Part shown: piece by piece, positions 10,498 through 19,820 of the stretch
Position numbering within the stretch: position 1 is the first letter of the stretch
Layout of the letters: each line of letters opens with the position of its first letter
DNA from: Firmicutes bacterium UBA2058
GTDB taxonomy: Bacteria; Bacillota; Clostridia; Tissierellales; Sedimentibacteraceae
Assembly (NCBI GenBank): GCA_002332905.1
Contig: DDAM01000012.1
Location: forward strand, 106 to 64,105
Direction of reading: 5' to 3'
Length of the DNA: 64,000 bases
Translations under genes and position numbers: made by a program
Notes under the pieces: model-generated
Told to the model about the DNA's origin: nothing
Seen by the model: the letters and a program-made list of their open reading frames with translations, nothing else
The model's database searches: none

Positions 10498-10683
10498 TTA
10501 AGTAGCTATCATAGCAGTTCCTACAACAACCCACATAATATAAGCACCAGCATCACCTGGATCTACTTTTTCATCTTCAGACTTTAAATTCACAACTCCA
10601 GTATATTCAGCACATGCATAATCTCTTGAGGACTCAAAAGGAACAATAGCAGTAGGTAATTTAACTATAGTTGGTTTTAACAT
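10498..10683 (-). CDS. RiPP precursor peptide (61 aa)
   Basis: Strong AAAGGAGG RBS; first gene of the maturase operon; acidic linker followed by hydrophobic C-terminus ending in Thr. Confidence 0.85.
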   Translation of the reverse strand: MLKPTIVKLPTAIVPFESSRDYACAEYTGVVNLKSEDEKVDPGDAGAYIMWVVVGTAMIAT

Positions 10684-10874
10684 ATTTCACCCCTCCTTTC
10701 ATTTGACATATACATAAAACGTATACAATTTGATTATATATTATATTTAAAAAATAATATAATAAATTTTACCAAATAATTGTATATATGACATTATTTT
10801 AATATTTTTTTGTAGAATTTTGTCTAATATGTTGAACCTGTATTAAAATTTCAAAAAAAAGTAAGGTTATTTCC

Positions 10875-11387
10875 TTACTTTATTTCAACAATTATTTTAT
10901 TAACAACCTCATCTATACTTAAATTACACGTATCAATTTTATTTCCTTTAATTAAACTTTCAAATGCATAAATACAACTATCAATTTGATTTGCAGGCCA
11001 TGATGTATTTAAATCCCCTCTTTTAATTAATCTTTCTATTAAAATTTCTTTGTCCGCCGTTAATATAAAATGATGTAATTCCGAGCCATTTTCTTCAAGC
11101 TTTGAAATAAGCTCTTTATAATAGAGTGGATTTATTATAGTCATTGGAACTATTATAATTCCATCCCAAACTTTTTGTATGTAATCAAGCATTTGATAAT
11201 TAAAATCACGCCAAAGAGGAATATCTTGAAAGTCACCCTTACGACTTAATGTCTCAGGTAGATTATCCCATATGTATTCGCCAGCCATTTCAGGATCAAA
11301 TATATAGGAATTTTTTAGTACCTTACTTAATTTAATTGCAACAGAAGTTTTTCCAACACCAAATGCTCCGTTTATCCAAATTATCAT
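10875..11387 (-). CDS. TmrB-like P-loop kinase/AAA family protein
   Basis: MIIWINGAFGVGKT, FDPE, DFQDIPLWR, IIVPMT. Confidence 0.8.
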   Translation of the reverse strand: MIIWINGAFGVGKTSVAIKLSKVLKNSYIFDPEMAGEYIWDNLPETLSRKGDFQDIPLWRDFNYQMLDYIQKVWDGIIIVPMTIINPLYYKELISKLEENGSELHHFILTADKEILIERLIKRGDLNTSWPANQIDSCIYAFESLIKGNKIDTCNLSIDEVVNKIIVEIK

Positions 11388-11456
11388 ATCAATAACCACC
11401 TACTTTTCCTTATATCATAATAATTTTATTTATCATTATACACAAATGTTGCTCCA

Positions 11457-11879
11457 TCAGGGAGCATTTTTGCTATATATCTGCGGTGTAATTTTCAATA
11501 TTTCTATCATATGTCCTATATTTCCTTCACCTGCAAAAGTGCTCATGTCAAAGAAATTCTCATCAAAGTCTAGCCAATGCAGTGGGTTCTTTTCAGGCAA
11601 CAAAGTTACGTCTTTATTTAAAACTCCTACATAAACTTCCATATAAATATTATGCATATGCCATATAAAATCCATAAATGGCTCAAGCTTAGTATCTAAC
11701 TTAGAAATACCTGTTTCTTCGTAAAGCTCACGATAAGCAGCATCTATTGACGATTCATTGTCCTCAATTTTTCCACCAACGAAATTATATAAGCCTTTAT
11801 ATGGATTTGATACTCTCTTACAAAACAATAGCTTTGTATTTTCTTTGTTTAAAATTATTATGCAATTATACTTTTTCAT
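11457..11879 (-). CDS. NUDIX hydrolase
   Basis: GGKIEDNESSIDAAYRELYEETG Nudix box. Confidence 0.92.
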   Translation of the reverse strand: MKKYNCIIILNKENTKLLFCKRVSNPYKGLYNFVGGKIEDNESSIDAAYRELYEETGISKLDTKLEPFMDFIWHMHNIYMEVYVGVLNKDVTLLPEKNPLHWLDFDENFFDMSTFAGEGNIGHMIEILKITPQIYSKNAP

Positions 11880-11921
11880 TTGAACTCCAATATTGTTAAT
11901 AATAATTGTTAGAAATTAAAA

Positions 11922-12641
11922 TCACTGTTTTATATAATCAATATCAGCTTTTCGTGCTTGCGAACAAAGAAGCTGTCTCTTAACATTGTAAATTTTCCCG
12001 TCTTTTATAAAAATTGAACCTAATTGTCTAAAATCAAAAGATACATTTGCTTCTATACACTGTCTTCTTATATCTAAAACCCACTCATAGTCTAAAGGTC
12101 TAACATCTTTTCCAGATTCTCCACCAACTATAACATATTCTATATCATCATCAAGATATTTAGATATATCAATTTTTTCAAGCATAGGCTGAATAGTTAT
12201 CATCTTATGCTTTATCGGTAAAGCTTTAAAAATAGGCAAGCGCTCATCTGCTCTTTCTTGATTTTCAATAGTACAACAAACAATAACATGATTAAAGTTA
12301 CCATCAAAATCTTCTGGTAAGCCAATATTAAATCTTTCAATCCTTTTAGTCAAAAACATAAAGGTAAGGTCTTTACGTATGCGAATCATCTCCCAAACCT
12401 CGCTTCTCCACTCGTCAGCATCTTCCACTAAAAAATCTGCATTAAAGCACAAATATACCATTTGACCAGATTTTATTTTATAATTACCCTTACTATCTTT
12501 TTGAATTGGTTTATCAAATTCTTCAGTCTTATAAACAATATTAGTATCTATTTTCTTTCTATCATTTGCTCTAAATATATAACAGTGCTCACAACCTTCG
12601 CTTTTTCTGTGACATCCTCTCCAAGGGTTCCATGTTGACAT
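11922..12641 (-). CDS. DUF5131 (Gp37/Gp68-like) protein
   Basis: TWNPWRGCHRKSEGCEHCY, FLTKR, IVGGESG; GGAGG RBS before ATG 12641. Confidence 0.85.
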   Translation of the reverse strand: MSTWNPWRGCHRKSEGCEHCYIFRANDRKKIDTNIVYKTEEFDKPIQKDSKGNYKIKSGQMVYLCFNADFLVEDADEWRSEVWEMIRIRKDLTFMFLTKRIERFNIGLPEDFDGNFNHVIVCCTIENQERADERLPIFKALPIKHKMITIQPMLEKIDISKYLDDDIEYVIVGGESGKDVRPLDYEWVLDIRRQCIEANVSFDFRQLGSIFIKDGKIYNVKRQLLCSQARKADIDYIKQ

Positions 12642-12657
12642 GACTTCCTCCAAATAA

Positions 12658-13182
12658 TTATTTTTTAGCCAATTCATTAAGAAGAAACTTATTAACTTCT
12701 TTGCGATTTTTTATAGTTATAAACTTTTTATCAGGATACTTTTCATGAAGTGCTAAAATTTTATTTTTATCTGTATTCTTAAAATTCCAAATTAATTTGC
12801 AAAAATCAAAAAACTCTTTGTCAAACTTTTCTTCTAAATAATCTGGTAAATCTGAGCGTTTTTTCCCGTGTCTTTTTATAGCACTCCAAATACATACTAA
12901 ACGATTAATATCTAGAAATATAACTAAATCAGCAGCTGCAAATCTTAACTCCATAGTACTATTATAGTTACCGTCAATAATCCACTCTTTAGTATTTATA
13001 ATTTGATTTTGCTTTTCTATCCATTCATCCCTTTTAGTCTCTTTCCAATTGGGTTTCCAAAACTCATTATCAAGATGAATAAGTGGTAAACCAGTAATTT
13101 CCGATAATTTGTTTGACATATAGCTTTTACCACTACCTGCACTACCAATAAGTATTATTTTTTTAATAGTATCTAAAAACAT
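12658..13182 (-). CDS. Topology-modulation (FlaR-like) adenylate kinase family protein
   Basis: IILIGSAGSGKS, IHLD..FWKPNW, WIIDGNY. Confidence 0.85.
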   Translation of the reverse strand: MFLDTIKKIILIGSAGSGKSYMSNKLSEITGLPLIHLDNEFWKPNWKETKRDEWIEKQNQIINTKEWIIDGNYNSTMELRFAAADLVIFLDINRLVCIWSAIKRHGKKRSDLPDYLEEKFDKEFFDFCKLIWNFKNTDKNKILALHEKYPDKKFITIKNRKEVNKFLLNELAKK

Positions 13183-13230
13183 ATTTTCTCCAAAATTTTT
13201 ATATATAGTTATCTTAAATTTATAATTTCT

Positions 13231-13273
13231 AATCGGTGCCTATTTTCTTATTATTTTTAATTTCTTTCAACCT
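13231..13273 (-). repeat. Partial copy of intergenic repeat family 2
   Basis: TCGGTGCCTATTTTCTTATT...TTTCTTTCAACCT matches 47043-47101. Confidence 0.6.
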
Positions 13274-13445
13274 CTAAAAGGTCTTAATTTACATATTATT
13301 ATCAGTCTTTAAGCTTTCAGTTATTTCAGTTAAATCATAAAAGGATATTACTTTATTGACGATACTATTTAGCCTGTATAAATTATTTCTTTCTGTTACC
13401 TTTTTCGTCAGCAATAAAAACTCTAACCACTCCATTTTTTAAACA

Positions 13446-14099
13446 TTAATGCTTTGAGTCAATATATACTTTTTCATCAAGTGTAAACTCAATTTCTTCC
13501 TTTAAACGTCTAAAATAATCAAGTTGAAAGCTACATGTTTCGTTAAATAGCTTTGTACTGGTCGGGGTACTTAATTTTTTTGTTACATAGTTTTCTAATT
13601 TTATAATTTTTTCGTTACAAAATTTATGTTTTTCTTCAAGTGATAAAGAGTCAAAGTCACTGTAATGCAGTGCTTGAACTATACGATATATTCCAAACCT
13701 ATCTATGTTATCAGAATCACTCACAATTTCTGCTTCAATTATCTGCTCATATTCGTATCCAGCTTCACCATCGCAATGTTTAGCGATACAATAACATATA
13801 TCATTTACTAATTTTTTATCTAGCTGTAAAGATTCCAAAAACTCTCGTGCTATCACAGCAGATATACGCCCATGGTCTTTGTTAATCTCACTTTCAAATT
13901 TACCAACATCATGCAATATCCCAGCTACACTACATACAGTTATATCATAACCATGTGCTTTTGCAATCATCCTAGCATATTTAGATACTCTTATACTGTG
14001 TTCTATACGATATACTCTTTCAGAAAGAGGTAAATCATCCAAAACCACATTATTAATATGTTCAATCATAAATTTTTTACTTAATTCATATAAATTCAT
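13446..14099 (-). CDS. HD-domain phosphohydrolase
   Basis: EHSIRV, GILHDVGK, DSDNID. Confidence 0.88.
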   Translation of the reverse strand: MNLYELSKKFMIEHINNVVLDDLPLSERVYRIEHSIRVSKYARMIAKAHGYDITVCSVAGILHDVGKFESEINKDHGRISAVIAREFLESLQLDKKLVNDICYCIAKHCDGEAGYEYEQIIEAEIVSDSDNIDRFGIYRIVQALHYSDFDSLSLEEKHKFCNEKIIKLENYVTKKLSTPTSTKLFNETCSFQLDYFRRLKEEIEFTLDEKVYIDSKH

Positions 14100-14187
14100 A
14101 TATTAATCATTCCTTTCCAAGGGCACAAAATCCGAAATCGTGGTTTATACTTATCATAATCTCCAAATTAACTGATTATATTTACAT

Positions 14188-16377
14188 TTAATTTTTAAAC
14201 AAATCACCTAATGCTGCAAATGGATTGTCCTTTGATAGTTCTTCTTCAGCTTGTTTTTTCATTTTTTTCATATAATTATTGACTTCTCTTTTATCAGCTT
14301 TTTTATCATTTTTAAATCGTTGTTCAAACACGGGAGCCTTTTCTCTAAAATTACAGTTTTCCCCCGAGCATACATAAATTTTACCTTCGCCGCTGCCCTT
14401 GATAACTAATTTCTTCTTACACTCTGGGCATCTTGCATTTGTATTTCTGCTGATGGTTTCTCTGTGTCCACATTCTCTGTCTTGACAAACATACATAACA
14501 CCGGTCTTTGATTTAACCTCTAACATTTTTTTACCACACTCAGGACATTTAACACCTGTTATATTATCATGAACAAACTTACTATCCGTACCTTTTACAT
14601 CATTGAGAAGCTCTCTAGTGTATTTTTTCACATCATCTATGAATTTTTTATCATCCAATTTACCTTTACTAATATCTTCCAGATAATTTTCCCAATTTGC
14701 AGTTAAAAGAGGAGATTTTAAGTCTTTTGGAACAAGCTCAATAAGCTGTCTCCCCTTAGATGTTGGAATTATCTCCTTGCCTTGTTTTTCAATAACAAAA
14801 GAATTAAATAGTTTTTCGATAATATCAGCTCTTGTAGCAACTGTTCCAAGTCCGCCTGTTTCTCCTAACGTTTTTGCTGAAGCACTGTCAACCTTAATAT
14901 ATTTATGTGGATTTTCCATAGCAAGTAAAAGTGTACCCTCGTTAAATCTTGACGGTGGCTTTGTCTTTCCATTACATACTGTTGACGAAATGATTTTTAT
15001 TGTATCTCCTTTAGAAAGTTTGGGCAAAATTTGATCCTTAATATCATCCTCATTTTCATCCTCGTCCTCTATATCATAAACACTTTTCCAGCCCTTTGCT
15101 TTAACAACCTTCCCCTTAGCAACAAACCTTTCACCATTTACATCAGCAATTATATTAGTTTGTATATATTCAAATGGAGGTAACATAACACTTAAAAACC
15201 TTCTAACAACTAAATCATATATATTTTTTTCCTCGGTATTTAGGTTAGACAGTTTTGGACTTTCTTCAGTAGGAATTATGGCATGATGGTCTGTAACCTT
15301 TGAATTATCAACATAGCTTTTATTCGATTTAACACCTTTTCTCAGAATATCAAGCGCCAATACTCTATAATCTCCTATAGCTATAGCCTTTAACCTTTCA
15401 GGTAAAGTCTGAACTATATCAGTTGAAATATATTTAGAATCTGTTCTTGGATATGTCAAAATCTTGTAGTTTTCATATAATCTTTGCATAATTGAAAGAG
15501 TCTGTTTTGCTGAATATCCCCAAATTTTATTCGCATCTCTTTGAAGCTCAGTTAAATCATATAAATTTGGTGCATATTTTTTCTTTACGCTCTCGTTCAA
15601 ATCAACTATATTTGCATCATTACCTTTAATACGTTCTAGTACATCATTTGCAAAGTCTTGATTAAAGGTTCTTTGATTGTTATTCTTATCAGTCCATTGC
15701 ATAGAAAAATCCTTAGATTTTGCTGATACAGTATAATAATCTTTAGGCACAAAATTCTTAATTTCATCTTCTCTTTGCACAATCATAGCAAGAGTTGGTG
15801 ATTGAACTCTTCCAGCTGATAGTTGAGCATTATACTTACAGGTTAGTGCTCTTGTGATATTTAATCCTACAATCCAATCTGCTTCAGCTCTACAAACCGC
15901 TGCTTTGTATAAATTTTGATATGCTGATCCTGGCTTTAGATTATTAAATCCATCCTTAATTGCCTTGTCAGTTTGTGATGATATCCACAATCTTTTAACA
16001 GGTTTTTTTACTCCTGCTTTTTCTAATATCCATCTTCCAACTAATTCACCCTCACGGCCTGCGTCTGTAGCTATTACTATTTCATTTATATCATCTCTAA
16101 AAAGCTGTTTTTTTACCTCGTGATACTGCTTAGCGGTTTTCTTTAATATAGTAAGCTTCATTGGCTCAGGAAGCATAGGTAAAGTCTCCATTGACCATTG
16201 CTTATATTTATCATCATAGTCCTCTGGGTCCTGAAGACCGACAAGATGACCCAACGCCCATGTTACAACATAATTATTACCCTCTATATAAGAACCTTTA
16301 TTTTGATTGCATTTTAATACCTTAGCCAAATCCCTTCCAACAGATGGTTTTTCAGCTAACACTAGTGTTTTTGCCAT
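14188..16377 (-). CDS. topB: DNA topoisomerase III
   Basis: LAEKPSVGRD, ATDAGREGE, AGRVQSPT, TYPRTDS; C-terminal zinc ribbons. Confidence 0.95.
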   Translation of the reverse strand: MAKTLVLAEKPSVGRDLAKVLKCNQNKGSYIEGNNYVVTWALGHLVGLQDPEDYDDKYKQWSMETLPMLPEPMKLTILKKTAKQYHEVKKQLFRDDINEIVIATDAGREGELVGRWILEKAGVKKPVKRLWISSQTDKAIKDGFNNLKPGSAYQNLYKAAVCRAEADWIVGLNITRALTCKYNAQLSAGRVQSPTLAMIVQREDEIKNFVPKDYYTVSAKSKDFSMQWTDKNNNQRTFNQDFANDVLERIKGNDANIVDLNESVKKKYAPNLYDLTELQRDANKIWGYSAKQTLSIMQRLYENYKILTYPRTDSKYISTDIVQTLPERLKAIAIGDYRVLALDILRKGVKSNKSYVDNSKVTDHHAIIPTEESPKLSNLNTEEKNIYDLVVRRFLSVMLPPFEYIQTNIIADVNGERFVAKGKVVKAKGWKSVYDIEDEDENEDDIKDQILPKLSKGDTIKIISSTVCNGKTKPPSRFNEGTLLLAMENPHKYIKVDSASAKTLGETGGLGTVATRADIIEKLFNSFVIEKQGKEIIPTSKGRQLIELVPKDLKSPLLTANWENYLEDISKGKLDDKKFIDDVKKYTRELLNDVKGTDSKFVHDNITGVKCPECGKKMLEVKSKTGVMYVCQDRECGHRETISRNTNARCPECKKKLVIKGSGEGKIYVCSGENCNFREKAPVFEQRFKNDKKADKREVNNYMKKMKKQAEEELSKDNPFAALGDLFKN

Positions 16378-16460
16378 TGTATTACTCCTTAAGTATTTTT
16401 TTAGAGCTAATTAAAGATTTATTCTACGAATATTATATCATATGAAGATTTTTTTTCCAT

Positions 16461-16652
16461 AGTAAAAATACAACGCTGAGCCTAAATAGCTCAGCGTTAT
16501 ATTAATTTAATTGATTTTTATTATAAATTAAAAGCTATTGTAGCAATTTGAAAATATATTACTATTGAAAAAGTATCAACAATTGTGGTTATAATTGGTG
16601 CAGCCATTATTGCAGGATCAAGTCGAAATCTTTTTGCAGCTATAGGAAGCAC
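16461..16652 (-). repeat. Duplicate of mgtE 3' end (last 43 codons + stop) plus terminator
   Basis: 16521-16652 matches 20860-20991 with 2 synonymous differences; terminator hairpin also duplicated. Confidence 0.95.
16472..16498. terminator. Intrinsic terminator (copy 1)
   Basis: AACGCTGAGC-CTAAATA-GCTCAGCGTT. Confidence 0.8.
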
Positions 16653-16861
16653 CTTTTAACTTAAAATACTGTACCGCATGCAGCTATTATTTATAAGTTT
16701 TATTATTCTTGCAGTAGAAACAATAAGAAATTGATAACAGAACTTTAAGTAAAATATCCTACTTGCTATCTGACAAGAAACGACCTACATTTATTATAAG
16801 ATGTGAGTCTATTTTTATATATATTTGTCGAGTTCTGTTGCATATTGTCTTTCTTTTGGTG

Positions 16862-16890
16862 TTTACTTACATATTTGTAATTGTTATACT
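16862..16890 (+). promoter_or_regulatory. Putative sigmaA promoter of the secreted-peptide gene
   Basis: TTTACT-17 nt-TATACT with TG extended -10. Confidence 0.55.
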
Positions 16891-16991
16891 ATATATATAA
16901 TTAATACTATCTGTTTTTCCCCTAAACAGATAGAGTGTATGTTAGGGGACATACATTATATTTATTATAAAAAATAATTAAGGAGATTAAT

Positions 16992-17393
16992 ATGAAAAAA
17001 ATATTAAGTTTAATAATTGTAGCTATTTTTATTACATCATTAAGTAGTATTACATTTGCAGACATAAATCAAAATAAAGTAATAGCTGAAAGAGAATACA
17101 ATGGTCAAATTACACCTTATGGACTGTTTGATGATTACAATGTATATAGTGATGGAGAGTGGATATTTAACAGTAATAATATAGGTGTTGGGGCAAAAGG
17201 TTGGACAAATATAACAGAAAAAAGTGATGGTTCGTATAGATACCATTATACAAATGTTGCATGCTATTATGACAGTGCTGAACAGGACGTTTATACATCA
17301 GGCAGAGTGTGGGGATCAGGAAAAGTATCGGCTTCTACTGGAGACTGTGGACGAGGAGCAATGCATCATTATAGAATATTCTATGGTTGGTAA
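16992..17393 (+). CDS. Sec-exported lactococcin-972-like bacteriocin/peptide
   Basis: Signal peptide MKKILSL...ITFA; Gly/Tyr/Trp-rich mature part (YHYTN..SGRVWG); followed by two permeases and an ABC ATPase. Confidence 0.55.
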   Translation: MKKILSLIIVAIFITSLSSITFADINQNKVIAEREYNGQITPYGLFDDYNVYSDGEWIFNSNNIGVGAKGWTNITEKSDGSYRYHYTNVACYYDSAEQDVYTSGRVWGSGKVSASTGDCGRGAMHHYRIFYGW

Positions 17394-17435
17394 TAAGATA
17401 TAGTATTTTTTATTTTAATAATTACAAATACATAT

Positions 17436-17466
17436 AAATGATGTCATATTAAATATGACATCATTT
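17436..17466 (+). terminator. Hairpin/terminator after peptide gene
   Basis: AAATGATGTCATATT-A-AATATGACATCATTT inverted repeat. Confidence 0.7.
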
Positions 17467-17481
17467 TCATTAGGGTGATTT

Positions 17482-18510
17482 ATGACTAAGAAATTTTTTT
17501 CTATATTTTCAATAATTGTTATGTTATCAAATTCGCTATTTATTTCATACTTTAGTTATATTGATTATATTAGTTTACAAAAATTAATATCTAATTCCTT
17601 AATATCAGATAATTCAGTTTCTATTATACTTGAAACAGATAGTCACATAATATTAAAAGACTTAACAACATTAATTGATAAACATAATGATATAACAATT
17701 TTTACTGAATTATATAACAACGATGATCTAACCGTTTGGGGTATATATGGAGATTGTAAATTTAAAAGTAATGTCTACTCTATGATAGAGGGAGAATTTT
17801 TTGATAAGAGTACATTTAATAATAAAATTAATACAGCTGTTATTGGTAAAAATATATTAGATACTAATAATTATTTTTTAAATAATAATAAAGAAGGTTA
17901 TTTTAAATTCGGCAATATTAATTATAAGATAATTGGGATAATATCATCAAATATCAGTAATATGTTAGATAACACTACATATATAAATTTAAGTTCAGAA
18001 AACATTAAAAATATACATAAACTAATTATTGATGGCCATGATTTAAATGGTATAAATAATTTTGTTAAAGAAATAGAGAGTAAATATAAGATTTATAAAA
18101 TAAATGAAAATAAAAATTTTATGAGCAGATATATTTTCAATTATACAGATATAAAATTGCTAAATCTATTTATAATAATTTTTATGATTTTGATATTTAT
18201 TGTTCTTCTGATATATACAATATACTCATTTAATGAAGAAATTAAAATAAAATGGTTAATTGGTTTAAACTATTATAGAAACTATTTATCATTGTTTATT
18301 AAAATATTAACATTATACACCTTTAATACCATTATTTTTCTTATAATGTATAAAACTGTATATTTTAAAATACTATCAAAAATTTTTTTAAACTTCTTTT
18401 CTACACATTTAATTGTTTTTAATCTTGCTAGTATCACATTACTAAGCATTTCTGTATTTTTATATATGCACGTATCAAATAAATTTTTTTATAAATATGG
18501 GGTGAAATAA
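17482..18510 (+). CDS. ABC transporter permease (MacB/FtsX-like)
   Basis: N-terminal TM, extracellular domain (EGEFF, AVIGK), C-terminal TMs. Confidence 0.75.
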   Translation: MTKKFFSIFSIIVMLSNSLFISYFSYIDYISLQKLISNSLISDNSVSIILETDSHIILKDLTTLIDKHNDITIFTELYNNDDLTVWGIYGDCKFKSNVYSMIEGEFFDKSTFNNKINTAVIGKNILDTNNYFLNNNKEGYFKFGNINYKIIGIISSNISNMLDNTTYINLSSENIKNIHKLIIDGHDLNGINNFVKEIESKYKIYKINENKNFMSRYIFNYTDIKLLNLFIIIFMILIFIVLLIYTIYSFNEEIKIKWLIGLNYYRNYLSLFIKILTLYTFNTIIFLIMYKTVYFKILSKIFLNFFSTHLIVFNLASITLLSISVFLYMHVSNKFFYKYGVK

Positions 18511-18514
18511 ACTA

Positions 18515-19801
18515 ATGAAATACAAATTAAGCAAATATATTCATGTAACAATATGCTTTATCTTATTAACTTTTGCTATGACTTTATTTATGATTTCAAA
18601 AAGAAATTTTGATGTTATATCAGAAAAAATTGTAGAATTTGATGAAAATAACGTAAACTCATTATATTTAAAAGTGTATGACATTTATGGACAAAATAAT
18701 CAAAAATCATTATCAGAATTTTTTAAGGAAGATAATTCATTGGAAAGATTAAAGTTACTTTGCAAAACATTAAATAAAGAGTTTAATTATTTTGAATTTG
18801 ATTCTCAGTCATTATTGATAAAAGATAAATTTAACTATAAAGATGAGTTTAGAATTGATTATGGTAGAGAGGATTATGGCTTTAATGATAATATTGGTAT
18901 CTCACTAAAGTCTGTACAAATCGGTGCAAATACATATAAAGAATTTGATATAGATAACAAAATATACAGTGGTGTTGGATTTAGTTCTGAAAACTTTTTG
19001 TATGATAATGTAAAACCTATTCCAGCTATATTAGGCAATGAATATAAAGATACGGTTAAAATTGGTGATATGATTAACTTCGAATATTTATCAAAAAAAA
19101 TAACTGTGGAAGTAATTGGATTTTTGGAAATTGATTCTATCATAACTTTAAATAATCAAATATATTATCTTGACAGATATATTATAGTGCCTTTAATAGA
19201 TACTGTTTATAACCCTGCAAACAATGATGAGGAAATGTTTCAAAATATATTATATTCACAAAAGAACTGGGGCTATATTAAAATTAAAACCGGTGATAAC
19301 TATTTAGATTATAAAAACAAGATTACTCAAATCAGTAAAAATTTAAATTTAAAATATGAAATAAGTGAAGGGTATATTCATCCTTATATTAAAAATATAT
19401 CCAATACAATAAATTCTACTAAAGGCTTATTCTTAATTGCCTCAATTATCTTATTTGTTATATTTTCACTAATATATATATATATATATATATGGAAATT
19501 TAACAAAAATAGAAAAATCTATGCTATCCATATGATTAGTGGTTGTAGTTTTATTAAACTTAAAACCAAAATATTTATAGAAATTCTTTTAGAATTTATT
19601 GCTGCATTATTTACTGCCACTACTATAAATAAGTTGATTTTTAATTATAGAAATCTTAGCACTTTTGATAAAAATATAATTCAATTATCAATGCAATCAA
19701 CTACATTATTATCCATTGTTATTATGGTTTTAATATGTTTAATACTAAATAAACATATTAATAAAAATGAAATTTACTATTCTATAAGTAAAGAAAATTA
19801 A
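18515..19801 (+). CDS. ABC transporter permease (MacB/FtsX-like)
   Basis: PAILG, KIGD, EVIGFL; YAIHMISG FtsX-type motif. Confidence 0.8.
   Translation: MKYKLSKYIHVTICFILLTFAMTLFMISKRNFDVISEKIVEFDENNVNSLYLKVYDIYGQNNQKSLSEFFKEDNSLERLKLLCKTLNKEFNYFEFDSQSLLIKDKFNYKDEFRIDYGREDYGFNDNIGISLKSVQIGANTYKEFDIDNKIYSGVGFSSENFLYDNVKPIPAILGNEYKDTVKIGDMINFEYLSKKITVEVIGFLEIDSIITLNNQIYYLDRYIIVPLIDTVYNPANNDEEMFQNILYSQKNWGYIKIKTGDNYLDYKNKITQISKNLNLKYEISEGYIHPYIKNISNTINSTKGLFLIASIILFVIFSLIYIYIYIWKFNKNRKIYAIHMISGCSFIKLKTKIFIEILLEFIAALFTATTINKLIFNYRNLSTFDKNIIQLSMQSTTLLSIVIMVLICLILNKHINKNEIYYSISKEN
19472..19493. repeat. (AT)11 microsatellite inside permease
   Basis: Direct reading; encodes IYIYIYI. Confidence 0.85.
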
Positions 19802-19820
19802 TATAAAATATAAAAGGAAA

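Noticed and set aside
10498..10683. Sactipeptide/ranthipeptide or spliceotide interpretation of the precursor
   Set aside because: There is only one Cys, in the presumed leader, and no YG splice motif. These classes also would not explain the aminotransferase + methyltransferase + terminal Thr. Disfavoured but not excluded.
14107..14157. Mini-ORF MISINHDFGFCALGKE with GGAG RBS between topB and the HD gene
   Set aside because: Too short to support; probably a deletion remnant or chance
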